In this document: piece by piece, positions 13,045 through 24,137 of the stretch | Numbering within the stretch: position 1 is the first letter of the stretch | How the letters are laid out: every line of letters starts with the position of its first letter | Source of the DNA: Blepharisma stoltei ATCC 30299 | Taxonomy: Eukaryota > Protista > Ciliophora | Assembly: GCA_965603825.1 (NCBI GenBank) | Contig: CBFDEM010000047.1 | Span: 1-64,000, forward strand | Direction: 5' to 3' | DNA: 64,000 nucleotides | Translations under genes and position numbers: made by a program | Notes under the pieces: generated by a model | What the model saw: only the letters and a program-made list of their open reading frames with translations | Database searches by the model: none | What the model was told of the DNA's origin: nothing

Positions 13045-14904
13045 TTAAATAGTTATTAGAGGAGCATAAGGTACTGTTGATTCTCCTTCATCGATTGCAT
13101 ATTTAACGCTTCTAAGCTTCTTGGCTCTTCTGCTCAAAAAGAATTTGATAGCAATTACTGCTACTACTCCTACAATTCCAAACTGAATAACAAGCATTCC
13201 CCAATTAGCCTGCTTAGCCTTGGAAGATACAACTGATTTGGTAGTATAGATCATCTCAATGTTGTCGGCTTGGACAGCAGCTGTTTGCTCTGGCTTATAA
13301 GAATCTCCAGCTGACTGCCACTTTTCTGGGTCTTGTCCATAGTTTCCTTCCTTGGCGTCCTCTGGACCAGCATAGCCGTATTTCCAGTCTTCAGCGTTAT
13401 CAGCGCTCCATTCGCTGCCTTGTGGAGCTTGGCTTTCAGTCCATTCTTTGCCTGGGTTATCTTTTTGGTATTCAGCTCCTTGGTCAGCTTGATAGTCTCC
13501 TCCAGGTCCTTTTGGCTTTTCTTCCCCTTCTTCAGGCTTCTTGCCTTGCCACCCCCATTGCCAGTCTTCTCCTTGATAGCCACCTTTCCAGTCTCCTTTA
13601 TAAGGGTTGTATTTTTGGTAGTCTTTATTTTGAGAGCCTTGGTCATAGCTGCCTGAGGTTTGGTTGGCTTGGTCGCCGCTTTGGTTATATTCTCCTTGCC
13701 AGTCTTTATCTTGATTTTGTTTGCTTTCAGCTTCAGTGTCGTGGAATGGGTGTTCTGGATGTTCTCCTTTACCTTCGCCTGCTGCTTCTTCTTCTCCTGC
13801 TGATTCAGTTTGGTTTTGGTTTTTGGCTTCTTGGTCGTGGTAAGGATGTGAAGGGTGTTCTTGAGGTTCTTTTTCTTCTTCACCCTCTTCTTCTACTGCT
13901 GACTCAGTTTGGTTCTTGGCTTCTTGGTCGTGATAAGGATGTGAAGGGTGCTCTTGCTGTTCTTGTTGTTCTTGTTGTTCTTGCTCTTCCTGTTCTTCTT
14001 GGCCTTGCTGATCTTGCTGATCCTCTTCTTCTTGTTCTTCAGTGGTTTCTTCAGTTGGCTCAGAGGTTTCTTCAGTTGGTTCAGAGGTTTCTTCAGTTGG
14101 TTCAGAAGTTTCTTCTGTTGGTTCAGAGGCTTCTTCAGTTGGCTCAGATTCCTCTTCAGTTGTTTCAGTGGTTTCTTCTGGCAGAGGATCTACAACAGCT
14201 TCACCAGTTTCTTCGCTGCTTTCTTCAGTTGTTTCTTCTGTCACTTCACTTGTAGCTGCCTCTTCAGTTGTTTCTTCTGTCACTTCACTTGTAGCTGCCT
14301 CTTCAGTAGCCTCCTCAGTAGCTTCACCTGTAGTCTCTTCTGGCTGAGATTCTGATGTTTCTTCAGCAGCCTCCTCTACAGCTTGCTCCTCAGTGGTAGC
14401 TTCCTCAGTGACCTCCTCAGTGGTGGCTTCTTCAGTTGTATTCTCCTCAGCAGGAGCTTCCTCGGTGACAGCTTCTTGATTATCGGTCGAAACATTGGAT
14501 TCTTCCGAAACTGCTTCTTCTGCAGCACCTTCCTCAGTGGTGGCTGCTTCTTCTATAGTGGCTTCTACTGAAGTTTCCTCTGGGGCTGCTTCTTCAGTCA
14601 CTTGCGCCTCTTCCACAGTTTCCTCAGCTGGAGATTCAAGTGCAATATCTTCAGCAATTAAATTGACTGGCTCAGCGGCCGTCTCTTTTTTGTCGCCTCC
14701 TGGCACTCCTATTTCTTTGTCGTGGAATGGGTGATCTGGATGTGCCTGTCCATTATCTGATCCTTTGTCAGAGCCAGAATTATTACCATAATCTGTCCCT
14801 TCTGGCTTATATCCCTTGTAGTCTTCAGGAATTCCATAGCCAGGGTTGCTTTGCGCTACTGCAAAGACCAGCAAGATAGTGAAAGCTAATACCTTGGAAG
14901 CCAT
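13045..14904 (-). CDS. Acidic low-complexity type I membrane protein with His motifs (619 aa)
   Basis: Signal peptide, E/T/A/Q-rich stalk, four HPxHP(F/Y)HD motifs, a W/G/Q/Y-rich region, a TM helix (WGMLVIQFGIVGVVAVIAIKFFL) and a short basic tail. Confidence 0.85.
   Translation of the reverse strand: MASKVLAFTILLVFAVAQSNPGYGIPEDYKGYKPEGTDYGNNSGSDKGSDNGQAHPDHPFHDKEIGVPGGDKKETAAEPVNLIAEDIALESPAEETVEEAQVTEEAAPEETSVEATIEEAATTEEGAAEEAVSEESNVSTDNQEAVTEEAPAEENTTEEATTEEVTEEATTEEQAVEEAAEETSESQPEETTGEATEEATEEAATSEVTEETTEEAATSEVTEETTEESSEETGEAVVDPLPEETTETTEEESEPTEEASEPTEETSEPTEETSEPTEETSEPTEETTEEQEEEDQQDQQGQEEQEEQEQQEQQEQQEHPSHPYHDQEAKNQTESAVEEEGEEEKEPQEHPSHPYHDQEAKNQNQTESAGEEEAAGEGKGEHPEHPFHDTEAESKQNQDKDWQGEYNQSGDQANQTSGSYDQGSQNKDYQKYNPYKGDWKGGYQGEDWQWGWQGKKPEEGEEKPKGPGGDYQADQGAEYQKDNPGKEWTESQAPQGSEWSADNAEDWKYGYAGPEDAKEGNYGQDPEKWQSAGDSYKPEQTAAVQADNIEMIYTTKSVVSSKAKQANWGMLVIQFGIVGVVAVIAIKFFLSRRAKKLRSVKYAIDEGESTVPYAPLITI
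14041..14305 (-). repeat. Coding tandem repeats: 21-nt (EPTEE[T/A]S) x5 and 39-nt (EEAATSEVTEETT) x2
   Basis: Near-identical GGTTCAGAGGTTTCTTCAGTT units and a duplicated TCTTCAGTTGTTTCTTCTGTCACTTCACTTGTAGCTGCC on the + strand. Confidence 0.9.
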
Positions 14905-15145
14905 TAATTACTATTATAAAACGTATATGCAATTCTCGGAAATATTTGCAGTGAAGTTATTATCTTTTAAAAACCTAATAAATTTGGTTTACAAACGCTA
15001 TAATTCTTTTTTATTTGGCTTATATAAATTTTTGATTAGAGAAAAAAATCCTATGCCAATAAAATTTATTTAATGTAAATTATATTTTATTGCCAGTTTA
15101 TTTTAGTTTGGCACAAATAAATTAAATTATTCTAAATTCAGCACT

Positions 15146-15976
15146 TTAAGAATCAAGCTCACTTTGCACATAAGCGATTGCGTCTTCTACTATATCTGGA
15201 CTTAAATGAGAATTTGCCTCTCTGGTCCTCAAAAACAGCTCCTCTAGGTCTTTATCAGTATAAATTCTATTATTTGTGATAACTTCCAATAGTTGCTTTT
15301 TTAGCTCAAGCTGAGGATTATTACTCCTCTCATGCACTGACGGAGTCATCGAAATCTCCTCTTCCATGCTGCCCTCCGCAGATTTTGGCCTTGTCGTCCT
15401 TCTTCTGCCAGTCTGTTTTGCCATATAGCTATAAATATCACTGGTCTTTGGTGGCCTGAGTACCTTTGATATAAATTTATCATTAAGTGTAGGGTGATCT
15501 GTCTCATCTACACTCCTAAAAAACATAACAGGATTCGCAATAGGATCATATTTATTTTTTTTCCTTTCTTGCAGCTAAATAACGAATACAGATCCTATAT
15601 CATTGATGCGTCTTTGCATATGCTTGATGTTATTCATATGGTCTGACTTTATTGACTGTTTCTTTCTTTGCCGATATTCACTTAACTTCGTTGACATACT
15701 GAAAGTCCCAGGCTTGGTCGTGTCAATTGACGACCTTTTGACGTTGGCTACTCTTCGGAAGCCTTCTCTGACCTCAGCTAAATCAGGCTCATTTTTAGAT
15801 TTCGGCTGAGTCCCTGAAACTGAATGTTTAGAAGTATTGTTTACATGTGGATGTGGCTGATCTCTAGTATTAATAACTGGCTTTATGTTTAAAAGACATG
15901 CATAATGGTTATTCATAAGGTCGACGATCACTTTTCTCCCTCCTAGGTTGCGCATGTCTGGGGTAAACTTTTTCAT
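15146..15976 (-). CDS. SPATA7-like ciliary protein (271 aa; one 15-nt intron)
   Basis: Two track ORFs joined by intron 15575-15589. N-terminal MNNHYACLLNIKPVINT and C-terminal LLEVITNNRIYTDKDLEELF resemble the two conserved SPATA7 blocks. Confidence 0.65.
15575..15589 (-). other. 15-nt spliceosomal intron GTATTCGTTATTTAG
   Basis: GT..AG, A at -6; removal eliminates the in-frame TAG and joins the exons in frame. Confidence 0.85.
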
Positions 15977-15999
15977 TTTGCAAATAATTTACTTTTAAT

Positions 16000-18201
16000 A
16001 TGGGAGATGACTTTTATGCGCTTGAGGAAAAAGACGGAATTCGGTGCACCTGGAAAAACTGGCCTAACAGCAAAACCATAGCGACGAGGAATGTGATTCC
16101 TATAGTGGTTCTTTACACCCCACGAAAAAGCATTGAAAGACTTACCTTGGTAGAATACGAGCCTGTCTTCTGTAGTAAATGCAGATGTGCGCTGAACCCT
16201 TTTACCTCTGTGGATTATATCTCCAAAGCGTGACTCTGCTCTATCTGCTTGAACAGGAATATTTTCCCTCAAGTCTATAAAAACTACATATCAGAGACAA
16301 ATCTCCCGTCTGAGTTAACACCGCAGTGCTCTACAATGGAGTATATCCTGCCTCACCAGGTCTCAAGCCCACCTATTTTTATGCTGGTAGTCGATACCTG
16401 CTGTTCTAAGCCTGAGCTGGAGTCTTTGAAGCTGTCTTTGCTACAAGTGTTGAATACTTTGCCATCAGATGTCCTTGTAGGGCTGATTAGTATAGGGAAA
16501 AATGCACTTGTTTATAATTTAGGGTGGATGGAAGGGACGAGGAGTTTTTCTTTTAAAGGGGACAAAAGGTATAATACACAGGAGGTTAAGGATAGGCTTG
16601 GGATTTTGAATGCCAGAGGGCCAATTCCTGATGAGAAAAGAGTAGTAGTGCCACTTGGAGACTGCGAGTTTGCCATAACGATAGCTATTCAAGAGCTGAA
16701 AAGAGATCCTTGGCCTGTAGCTGCGGGGACTCGTGCTCTAAGATGCACAGGAACTGCGCTGAGTCTTGCTATAAATTCTTTAGAAATCTTGCACCCAAAC
16801 CAAGGGTCAAGAATCCTGGTGTTTTCAGGAGGAGCCTGCACTATGGGACCAGGAACAATCGTCTCTCCTGACCTTGACGAGCCAATTCGAACATATTTTG
16901 ATATAAAAAATGATACCGCAAAATATGTAAAAACCGCTAAACAGTTTTATGATGAATTAGCAAGCCAAGCTGGGAACAATGGACATGTAATTGATATATT
17001 TTCATGCTCAATTGATCAAATTGGGCTTATGGAAATGCGAGCTTTAAGCGAAAAAACAGGCGGGTACATAGTGTTTTCTGACTCATTTGAGACCGACGTC
17101 TTTAAAAAATCGCTACAAAGTATGTTTAACAGAGAAGAAACAGGGGCTCTAAAGATGGGTTTTAATGCTAATATTCAAGTATTTTGCTCTCCAGACCTTA
17201 AGCTTTCTGCTGTTTTAGGCCCTGGAAACTCATTATCTAAAAGACCTCCAGAAAACAATAGTGATCCTAATAAGAGGACATATCTAGCCAGCATAGATTT
17301 TAACACAACTTTAGCTTATTATTGGGATCTGGCTGGAAATGAGCTTGAAAGAGGCAGGAAGTATGAAGTTATTCAGTTCCAAACCAATTATCAGCACTCC
17401 AGTGGAAGATTAAGAATGAGGGTAACCACAGTAAAATTCCCAGTTGCAGATCCACATGTTATGAGCCATTTCATATCAGGATTTGACCAAGAAACTTCAG
17501 CAGTCGCAGTAGCACGATGGGCAGTCCACAAGTCTGAGGTAGAGCCGACTAAAGAAGTAATAGCTTGGATTGACAGAACTCTCGTCAGGCTTATTAAAAT
17601 GTTCGCAGTCTACCAAGCAAATGCAATCCACACCTTCCAGCTCTGCAGAGAATTTTCACTATTCCCTCAGTTTATGTTTTACCTGCGCCGATCGCAGCTT
17701 TTACAGACTTTTAACGTGTCTCCAGACGAGAGCGCTTATTACCAGACTATTATGCAAAGAGAAAATGTCATAAACTCGCTCTTAATGATCCAGCCAGCTT
17801 TATTAAGCTACTCTTTTGACTCTCCCCAAGCCCAGCCAGTGCTGCTTGACATAGCGTCTCTCAAAAGTGACGTGATTTTGCTTTTGGACACTTTTTTTAC
17901 AGTCTTGATATGGCATGGGGAGACCATTGCAAGCTGGAAAAAACAAGGCTACCAAGAAAAAGAAGAATACGAGAACTTCAAGACTCTGCTAGAGCTGCCT
18001 GTAGAAGACGCCTTGTCTATTGTGCAGGATCGGTTTCCTGTGCCTAGGTTTATAGAGACTGAGCATGGCAAAGGCCACGAAAGAGTCCTAAAAGCCAAAG
18101 TCAACCCTTCTGGAGGCGTGGAAAGCGGCAATTACTTTTCAGAAGCTGTATCCTTAAAGGTGTTCACAGATAGCTTGGTCCAATATGTAATAAAGCCTTA
18201 A
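16000..18201 (+). CDS. SEC23: COPII coat protein Sec23 (733 aa)
   Basis: EEKDGIRCTWKNWP start, Zn finger C..C..ALNPF...W(TGA 16231)LCSIC, trunk VVDTC, GFDQETSAVAVAR, FPQFMFYLRRSQ, RFPVPRFI. Confidence 0.97.
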
Positions 18202-18228
18202 GCCACACAATTAATTTAATAATTTGTT

Positions 18229-19443
18229 ATGGAAAAAGTCGAGTATTCTTTAGAGAAAGCAATACTCCATAACAAGTTTGGGTCATTCTGCCTGAAAGCA
18301 GGAAGGGTTGAAAAGGCTGTAAAGCACTTTAACGACGCTATAAGCATATGTCCTCCTGATATCCTTTTTAGCAATGTCCATGTTAATCTTGCAAATGCGT
18401 ACCTTGAAGAAAAGAAGACTGAAGAAGCCAAAATCCAGTTTCAGCTTGCAATAGAAAAATCGCCTTATAACCAGCCTGACTTCCAAGGACTTGAAATAAA
18501 CCCTTCTTTGCATTCTTTGGAAGCTTTAAGTGAGTCCTATGCCAATTTGGCTGTACTTTATATGAACAAAGACGAGCTTGATACTGCACATAATTTGCTA
18601 TTAAGGTCAATACAGCTGAAAAGTGACAGTGAGGCTAATGTAAATTTGGGGCATCTTTTAAGACAATTGAATAGGAAAGAAGAAGCAATTGAATATGCGT
18701 GAAGCCAAGCTGAAGCCCATGCAAGAAAAGATGGCGCTGAGTTTATTAGGCCTACTCAATTAGAGCCTAAACATTTTGAGCTACCTCCCAGGAATCCTGA
18801 AGATACAGTGCATGTGGTTTGTGTAAAATGGGGCAGTAAATATGGTCCTGACTATGTAAACAAGCTATACCACGGCGTAAAACGGCATGTCTCAGGGATT
18901 CCTTATGATTTCTGCTGCTTCACTGAAAATCCTGAAGGCCTTGACGAAGGCATCAGAGTTGTCCCACTTGCTGAAAACTGGTCTGGCTGATGGGGAAAAG
19001 CAACTTTGTTCAGTGAGCATGGGCTTGAAGGAAGACTGGTCTATATTGACCTTGACACTGTCATCACAGGCAGCTTAAACGATCTTCTCTCTTATCCTGG
19101 GGTTTTTGCAGTAATGGGAACTTCAGATATCGCCTGTGAAAAAGAAAAAAACAGCTACAATACTAGCATTATTGCGTGACACAGTTCTTTTGGCAAAGAA
19201 ATATACACAACTCTTAGGCAGAACTACAAATACATGCTGAAATTTATATGCAGATTTGACCATTGGACTGAAATGATGGTAAAAGATGCAGATTTAGTAC
19301 AAGAGGTCTTCCCTGGGCAGTTTTTAGACTATTTGACTTATTGCAAAGAAAGCGTCCCTGAGGGCTGCAGAATGGTGTGCTTCCCAAGAGACCCGAAGCC
19401 GCACGATTATAAGTCAGAGTGGATTAGAGAATTATGGAATTAG
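18229..19443 (+). CDS. TPR-repeat + GT-A-type glycosyltransferase fusion (404 aa)
   Basis: One frame through TGA 18700, 18988 and 19177. N-terminal TPRs, then VVCVKWGSKYGPDYVNKLY, CCFTE, GWWGK, YIDLDTVITG (DxD) and YNTSIIAW; TAG stop. Confidence 0.8.
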
Positions 19444-19449
19444 GTTAAT

Positions 19450-21066
19450 TTAAGTAGATTCTTGTAGTTTATCCGTGTACTCTTTAAGGCCTTTTCTATG
19501 GTACACAAAGTCTATATATTTATTACTGTTTTCTTCTTCAAGCTCTGGAATTATTTTTAAGGCATCAGCTAAATTTTCACCGTTAATTAATCTTTCTATG
19601 ATCTTTATAGCTATATTTATCAGTAAAATTTGCCCAGTTAGGCACTCTTTGACCCCAATTCTGTATAATAATGCAAAATAGCGCCTAGAAATATTCGTGT
19701 TAGAAAGCTCAGCTTTATCTGCTTCTAGAGTAGTCGGGAATTCTCCATATTTTTGTGATATCAGGATTTTCATCTTGTTAAGAGACTCAAGCTCAAGCTG
19801 GAAATTTGTAGGAGAAAAAAAGGCTTGCGGCTGATGGAATTGGTGATTTCAGCTTAAGCCTCTTAAAATTCCTAAAAAATCTGTATTTAAATACTGCTTT
19901 TTGAATTTAAATGCGATTTCCATGTTTTCATTATAATGCTGTGTCAGCTTTTCAAGCTGCTTTGGAGATAAGATTTCTTTTAAGAAAAACTTAATCCTGG
20001 CATAATTATAATAATTTTCTGTCAACGCAAACCCATAATTTGTCAACAGCATTCTATTTGAGTATCTGCCATAAGGAATATAAGTTTGGCTCCCTGCTTC
20101 ATATCCTTTATCTTTGGCAGTCACCATCCTAAACCTTTTCTCCTCACTTTCCTCTAAATTAACGACCTCACTTACTCTGTCTGCCACTTTAAGTTTTTCT
20201 AAAAATAATCTCGCGTCCAATTTTTTGGCTTCTGCTGCAATTTGTTTAGAAATAATGTCTAGATCTTCCCCTTCATAAGCTCCAAAATTAATCCTATGCA
20301 GTTTTTGGCTGCTTAAAAGAATAGACACAGGCGATTCATAAATTTCTTCGTCGTCGTCTTCTTCATCACTGTCTTTTCCGTCTGGATGATAGTCAGGTGC
20401 CATGTCTGTTTCTGAGCCATAATAGTAGCACGTTTTGCAGTTTTCGTGGTTCAATAAGTCAGCTATAGGGATTAGTGCAGGAAAAGGGATGACTCGTCCA
20501 AAAGATCTGGTCACTATGACTCGCCAAGCCCATATAATTTTTTCCATTGAGGCGTTTTCTAGGTTAAAAATGTCTGGGCACTCTAGCAAGGCATTTTGGA
20601 AGATTTTATTGCATTCTTTGTCTTTATCGGCCCTTATTTTAATATCAAACGCTAAAGCAGGGTCTTGCAGCTCTGATAAGTCTTCAGCAGTCCAATCAAG
20701 CATGTTTTCAGGGTCTAGAGGCAGTGATTTAAAATAAGGAGACCAGTAAGAATTTTCGCCTTTGGTAAGTTCAAATAGGATATAAGCGATCATTTTATAG
20801 TCTTCATGCTCTTTTGAAGTTGATGAAAACAGCTCTTGATGGGCGCTATAAAGCTCTTGCAGCTCAGGCGGGCTCGTCACTTTTGTTGATAATAGAGCAG
20901 CATTTGGTATTGTCAATAAAGTTTCTCTTGGAGAAATCGCCTCAGTTGCTTGAACACCTACGTATCCTGGAGGAAAAACAGCTGGGATCAGCAGCTTCGG
21001 ATTTACATAGATCCCAACTTCTCTTCCTCAGTCAAGTAGTGCTTGAGTATGCTGCAGACTTGACAT
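19450..21066 (-). CDS. SET-domain protein lysine methyltransferase, Rubisco-LSMT/SETD3/SETD6 class (538 aa)
   Basis: LLDW(TGA)G start region, SYWSPYFKSLP, VIVTRSF, LIPIADLLNH, YIPYGRYSNRMLLTNYGF. Reads through TGA 19849 into a C-terminal LSMT substrate-binding region. Confidence 0.9.
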
Positions 21067-21096
21067 ATCCTAATTATTATTCGATTGAAAAGCAAT

Positions 21097-21801
21097 TTAA
21101 CTAAGTTTAAGGATAGCATCAACAGTGTCTCCGTTAGCTTCTCTCAGAGCCTTAATAGCCTTGTTCTTGCTAACTTTGCAGTGGTTCATGATGGTGGTGA
21201 TATCTTCAGCCTTGAGGCCGGTCTCGTCTAAGTCTCCTTCTTCTTCTCCTGCTACGTCTTCTTTGATAGGCTCAACTGGGACTTCTTCTTTCTTAGGCTG
21301 TTCAGCAGCGAAATCTTTAGCTGCAGCAGCTGCCTGCATTTGATTTAAGTCTTCAAATCTGGCGACGCCAAAGACGACGTAGATGTCAGCGTTAGGGCTT
21401 TTCATGACTTCAGGGTTCTCTACAATGAAGAGCATGTTCTTGGCTCTCTTCATGGTCACTCTGTTAATGCCTGGGACTGGCTTAAGGCCGAGTTTTTGCA
21501 TGGCTTTTCTGCATTTCTTTTCGCCTCTGCTTTGTTTGCCTGCAGCTCCTTCTTCGCCTTCTTCGTCACTCTTGTGACCTTCTCCGTGAGTGTGTGGGTG
21601 GTCGTGGTCGTGGTCGTGAGAATGGCCTTCATGGGAGTGGCCTTCGTGGGAGTGGCCTTCGTGAGAGTGGCCTTCGTGAGAGTGACCCTCGTGGGAGTGC
21701 TCGTGCTTTTCTTCAGTGTGAGAGGTCTCTTCGGCTGGCTTTTCTTCAGTGACCTGTGTTTCCTGCTTCTGCTCTTCAGGGACGTCTTCTACTTTTGGCA
21801 T
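21097..21801 (-). CDS. NACA: Nascent polypeptide-associated complex alpha subunit with His-rich insert (234 aa)
   Basis: QSRGEKKCRKAMQKLGLKPVPGINRVT NAC domain and C-terminal UBA (KAIKALREANGDTVDAILKLS). ATG at 21801 preferred over the GTG track start. Confidence 0.95.
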   Translation of the reverse strand: MPKVEDVPEEQKQETQVTEEKPAEETSHTEEKHEHSHEGHSHEGHSHEGHSHEGHSHEGHSHDHDHDHPHTHGEGHKSDEEGEEGAAGKQSRGEKKCRKAMQKLGLKPVPGINRVTMKRAKNMLFIVENPEVMKSPNADIYVVFGVARFEDLNQMQAAAAAKDFAAEQPKKEEVPVEPIKEDVAGEEEGDLDETGLKAEDITTIMNHCKVSKNKAIKALREANGDTVDAILKLS

Positions 21802-21969
21802 TATTAACCACAAATAAAATGGTAAAACTTGACTTTGATGTGTATCTTTGATAAGTTGTCAGGAAATAGGACTGACAAAGTGAGAATAGCTATCGAATTT
21901 TATTTAATATAGGGTAAGTAATCTATTTATTTAAGGTTCCTATTATTTGCAATTATCATTGCGAATAAA

Positions 21970-22572
21970 TTAAAATTTTGAGACACATCGTCTTGAAGGA
22001 TAGTATTGATTTGGGCCTGGAGTATCTGGGTTAATTACAAAATTAAAGCGTTTTCCTCCAGACGGCATCACAGCTTTTGGAGACTTGCTTTTAAGCAAGG
22101 AGTCATCCACTCTATAAGCTGCAGGACCTGGTGTTGGATTTTTTACTTCATAATTCATTCTTTTCGCTCGTCCGAAACTACCTTTAGGTGTTTGTGAAAA
22201 TTCTGAAAAGCTAGCAATTTCTTGCTCACTTCTTAAAAATAAACTCCCTGACGATTTTTTCAATGTTGAAGTACTCGAAGTTTCTACCAGCTTCGGCTTT
22301 GCTATTTTTTTCGCACTACTATCAGACGACTCCGAAGTTCCCACTCTATGGTGGTTTTTTGAATTCTCCCATGCCTCATTCTCTTTCCATATCTCATTCA
22401 TAATTTTCTCAAAACAATATTTCATCCCATCCTTAACTGAAAACTCTGAATCTTTTTCTCTATTATAAATAGCCACCATCACTTTTCTAAGCTCTCTTTC
22501 ATAGCCTTCTTCTTGAAAATGCTTTATCGCCTGCTCTCGTCCAGCTGTTTTTTTAAGTTTCTGGTCTTCCAT
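21970..22572 (-). CDS. Sperm-tail PG-rich (SHIPPO) repeat protein (200 aa)
   Basis: TPGPAAY and TPGPNQY motifs with the characteristic SFGRAKR linker. Confidence 0.7.
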   Translation of the reverse strand: MEDQKLKKTAGREQAIKHFQEEGYERELRKVMVAIYNREKDSEFSVKDGMKYCFEKIMNEIWKENEAWENSKNHHRVGTSESSDSSAKKIAKPKLVETSSTSTLKKSSGSLFLRSEQEIASFSEFSQTPKGSFGRAKRMNYEVKNPTPGPAAYRVDDSLLKSKSPKAVMPSGGKRFNFVINPDTPGPNQYYPSRRCVSKF

Positions 22573-22589
22573 GTTATTAATTAAAAAAT

Positions 22590-24137
22590 TTATTTAAAGT
22601 TGTGTAGCAGTGCTTCTTTGAATTCAGAAAAATCAATAAAGCCGTTGTGGTTGGAGTCTGCTTCCTCAAAAATTTGGTTCCATACGAACTCTTCGATTTG
22701 CTGGTCGCCTTTTAGAAACTGCTTGACTTCTTCTATAGAGATGAGACCGTTTTTGTCGACGTCGTATGCATTAAAAGCGGCCCTTATTCTTTCTTCTGAA
22801 AGAACAGAATCCCAGTCTAGGGTTGCTGTTAAGAAGTCTAGATAGCCTATGTAGCCGTTTTGGTCGGCGTCACAGTTCTCAAAAATGCTTTCTATATTTA
22901 CATCATATTCGAAAAATTTTTCCTGAAAAGCTCTTTCTAGTTCAAGTTGGCTAATTTTGCCATTTCCGTTTCTGTCAAGGGCAACAAAAACCTTTTGGAG
23001 CTGCTCTGTTTCTTCATTGGTGGTAAGTTGAGAAACTATAAAGGAAAGGGTGGCCTGCTGAAGATTTCGCTTTCCTTTGAAATTTTTTAGCCTCTCTAAA
23101 ATATCGTTGGACATGATGAAGCTGTAGTTTATTTCTTCCCTCGTTTTCTCACAAATCCAGCCACTATGGAGTACTTCTTTAGCTGTTGGCCGCAGTTCTG
23201 GGTCCTTTGTTAGCATTTTTCCTATCAATTCTTTGGCTTCGGAAGATATTTCATTTCACCTGGGACTGTCAAATTTGTATTTCGCTTTTGAAACTTTTAT
23301 AAGTAAAGAATTCTCGTCCTCAGCTCTGAATGGCCTTTCTCCTGAAAGCATAAAGAATAGAATAACCCCTGCACTTCATATGTCACATTTACTGTCATAA
23401 TCCCCTTCAATGATTTCTGGGGCTATATAATTGGCAGTCCCTATCATGGTTCGCATTTTTTTATCGAAATTCGTCCTACAGCTTGTCCCGAAATCTATCA
23501 GTTTCAGTGGCGAGCCTTCTTTTTCGTTTAAAAAAAGCATGTTTTCTGGCTTTAAATCCCTGTGCACGATATTTTTCTTATGACAGTAATATAAAGCAGA
23601 CATGATCTGATACATGTATTTGGCTGCTTCCATTTCAGAAAGATAGTTATTTCGCCTTATTCTGTCGTTGAGATCTCCACCAGTGCATAACTCAGTGACT
23701 ATATATAAAGATAAGTTATCCTCAATAACATCATAAATTTTCAAAATATTGGGGTGGTCAAAATATCGTAAAGCTTCTGCTTCTTGTAGAAGCATGTCTC
23801 TATCGGTTTCTTTAAATCTACGCTTAGAAATCATCTTGGCGGCTCTGATAGAATTGGTTTCTTTGTTAACTACTTGATAAACAGATCCATAGGCTCCGTT
23901 ACCGATAAAGTCTTTGACGTCATAGAAATCACGAATGTCGCCTTGTGTGATGTGGATAAAGATGCTTCTTTGGATTTTTAGGGAGGGATTTGAAACCAGA
24001 GTTGCGTGGGATTCTAAGAGATCGGGAGATGTTTTTTCTTTGCTAGAGACAGATGGAGAGTCTATCATTTCGGAAAGTGGAATTAGAGGGAACTCAGTGT
24101 CTTTGTTGAGGAATGTGCCGATATTGCAGCAACCCAT
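22590..24137 (-). CDS. Calcium-dependent protein kinase, CDPK (515 aa)
   Basis: MGCC acylation start; GNGAYG, HRDLKPEN, DFG, CDIW (TGA 23376); second TGA at 23256; four C-terminal EF-hands. Confidence 0.95.

Noticed and set aside
13251-14734. Overlapping alternative-frame and antisense ORFs over the acidic protein (likewise over NACA, NFX1, SEC23 and the kinases)
   Set aside because: Shadow ORFs caused by repetitive or biased codon usage; no independent motifs.
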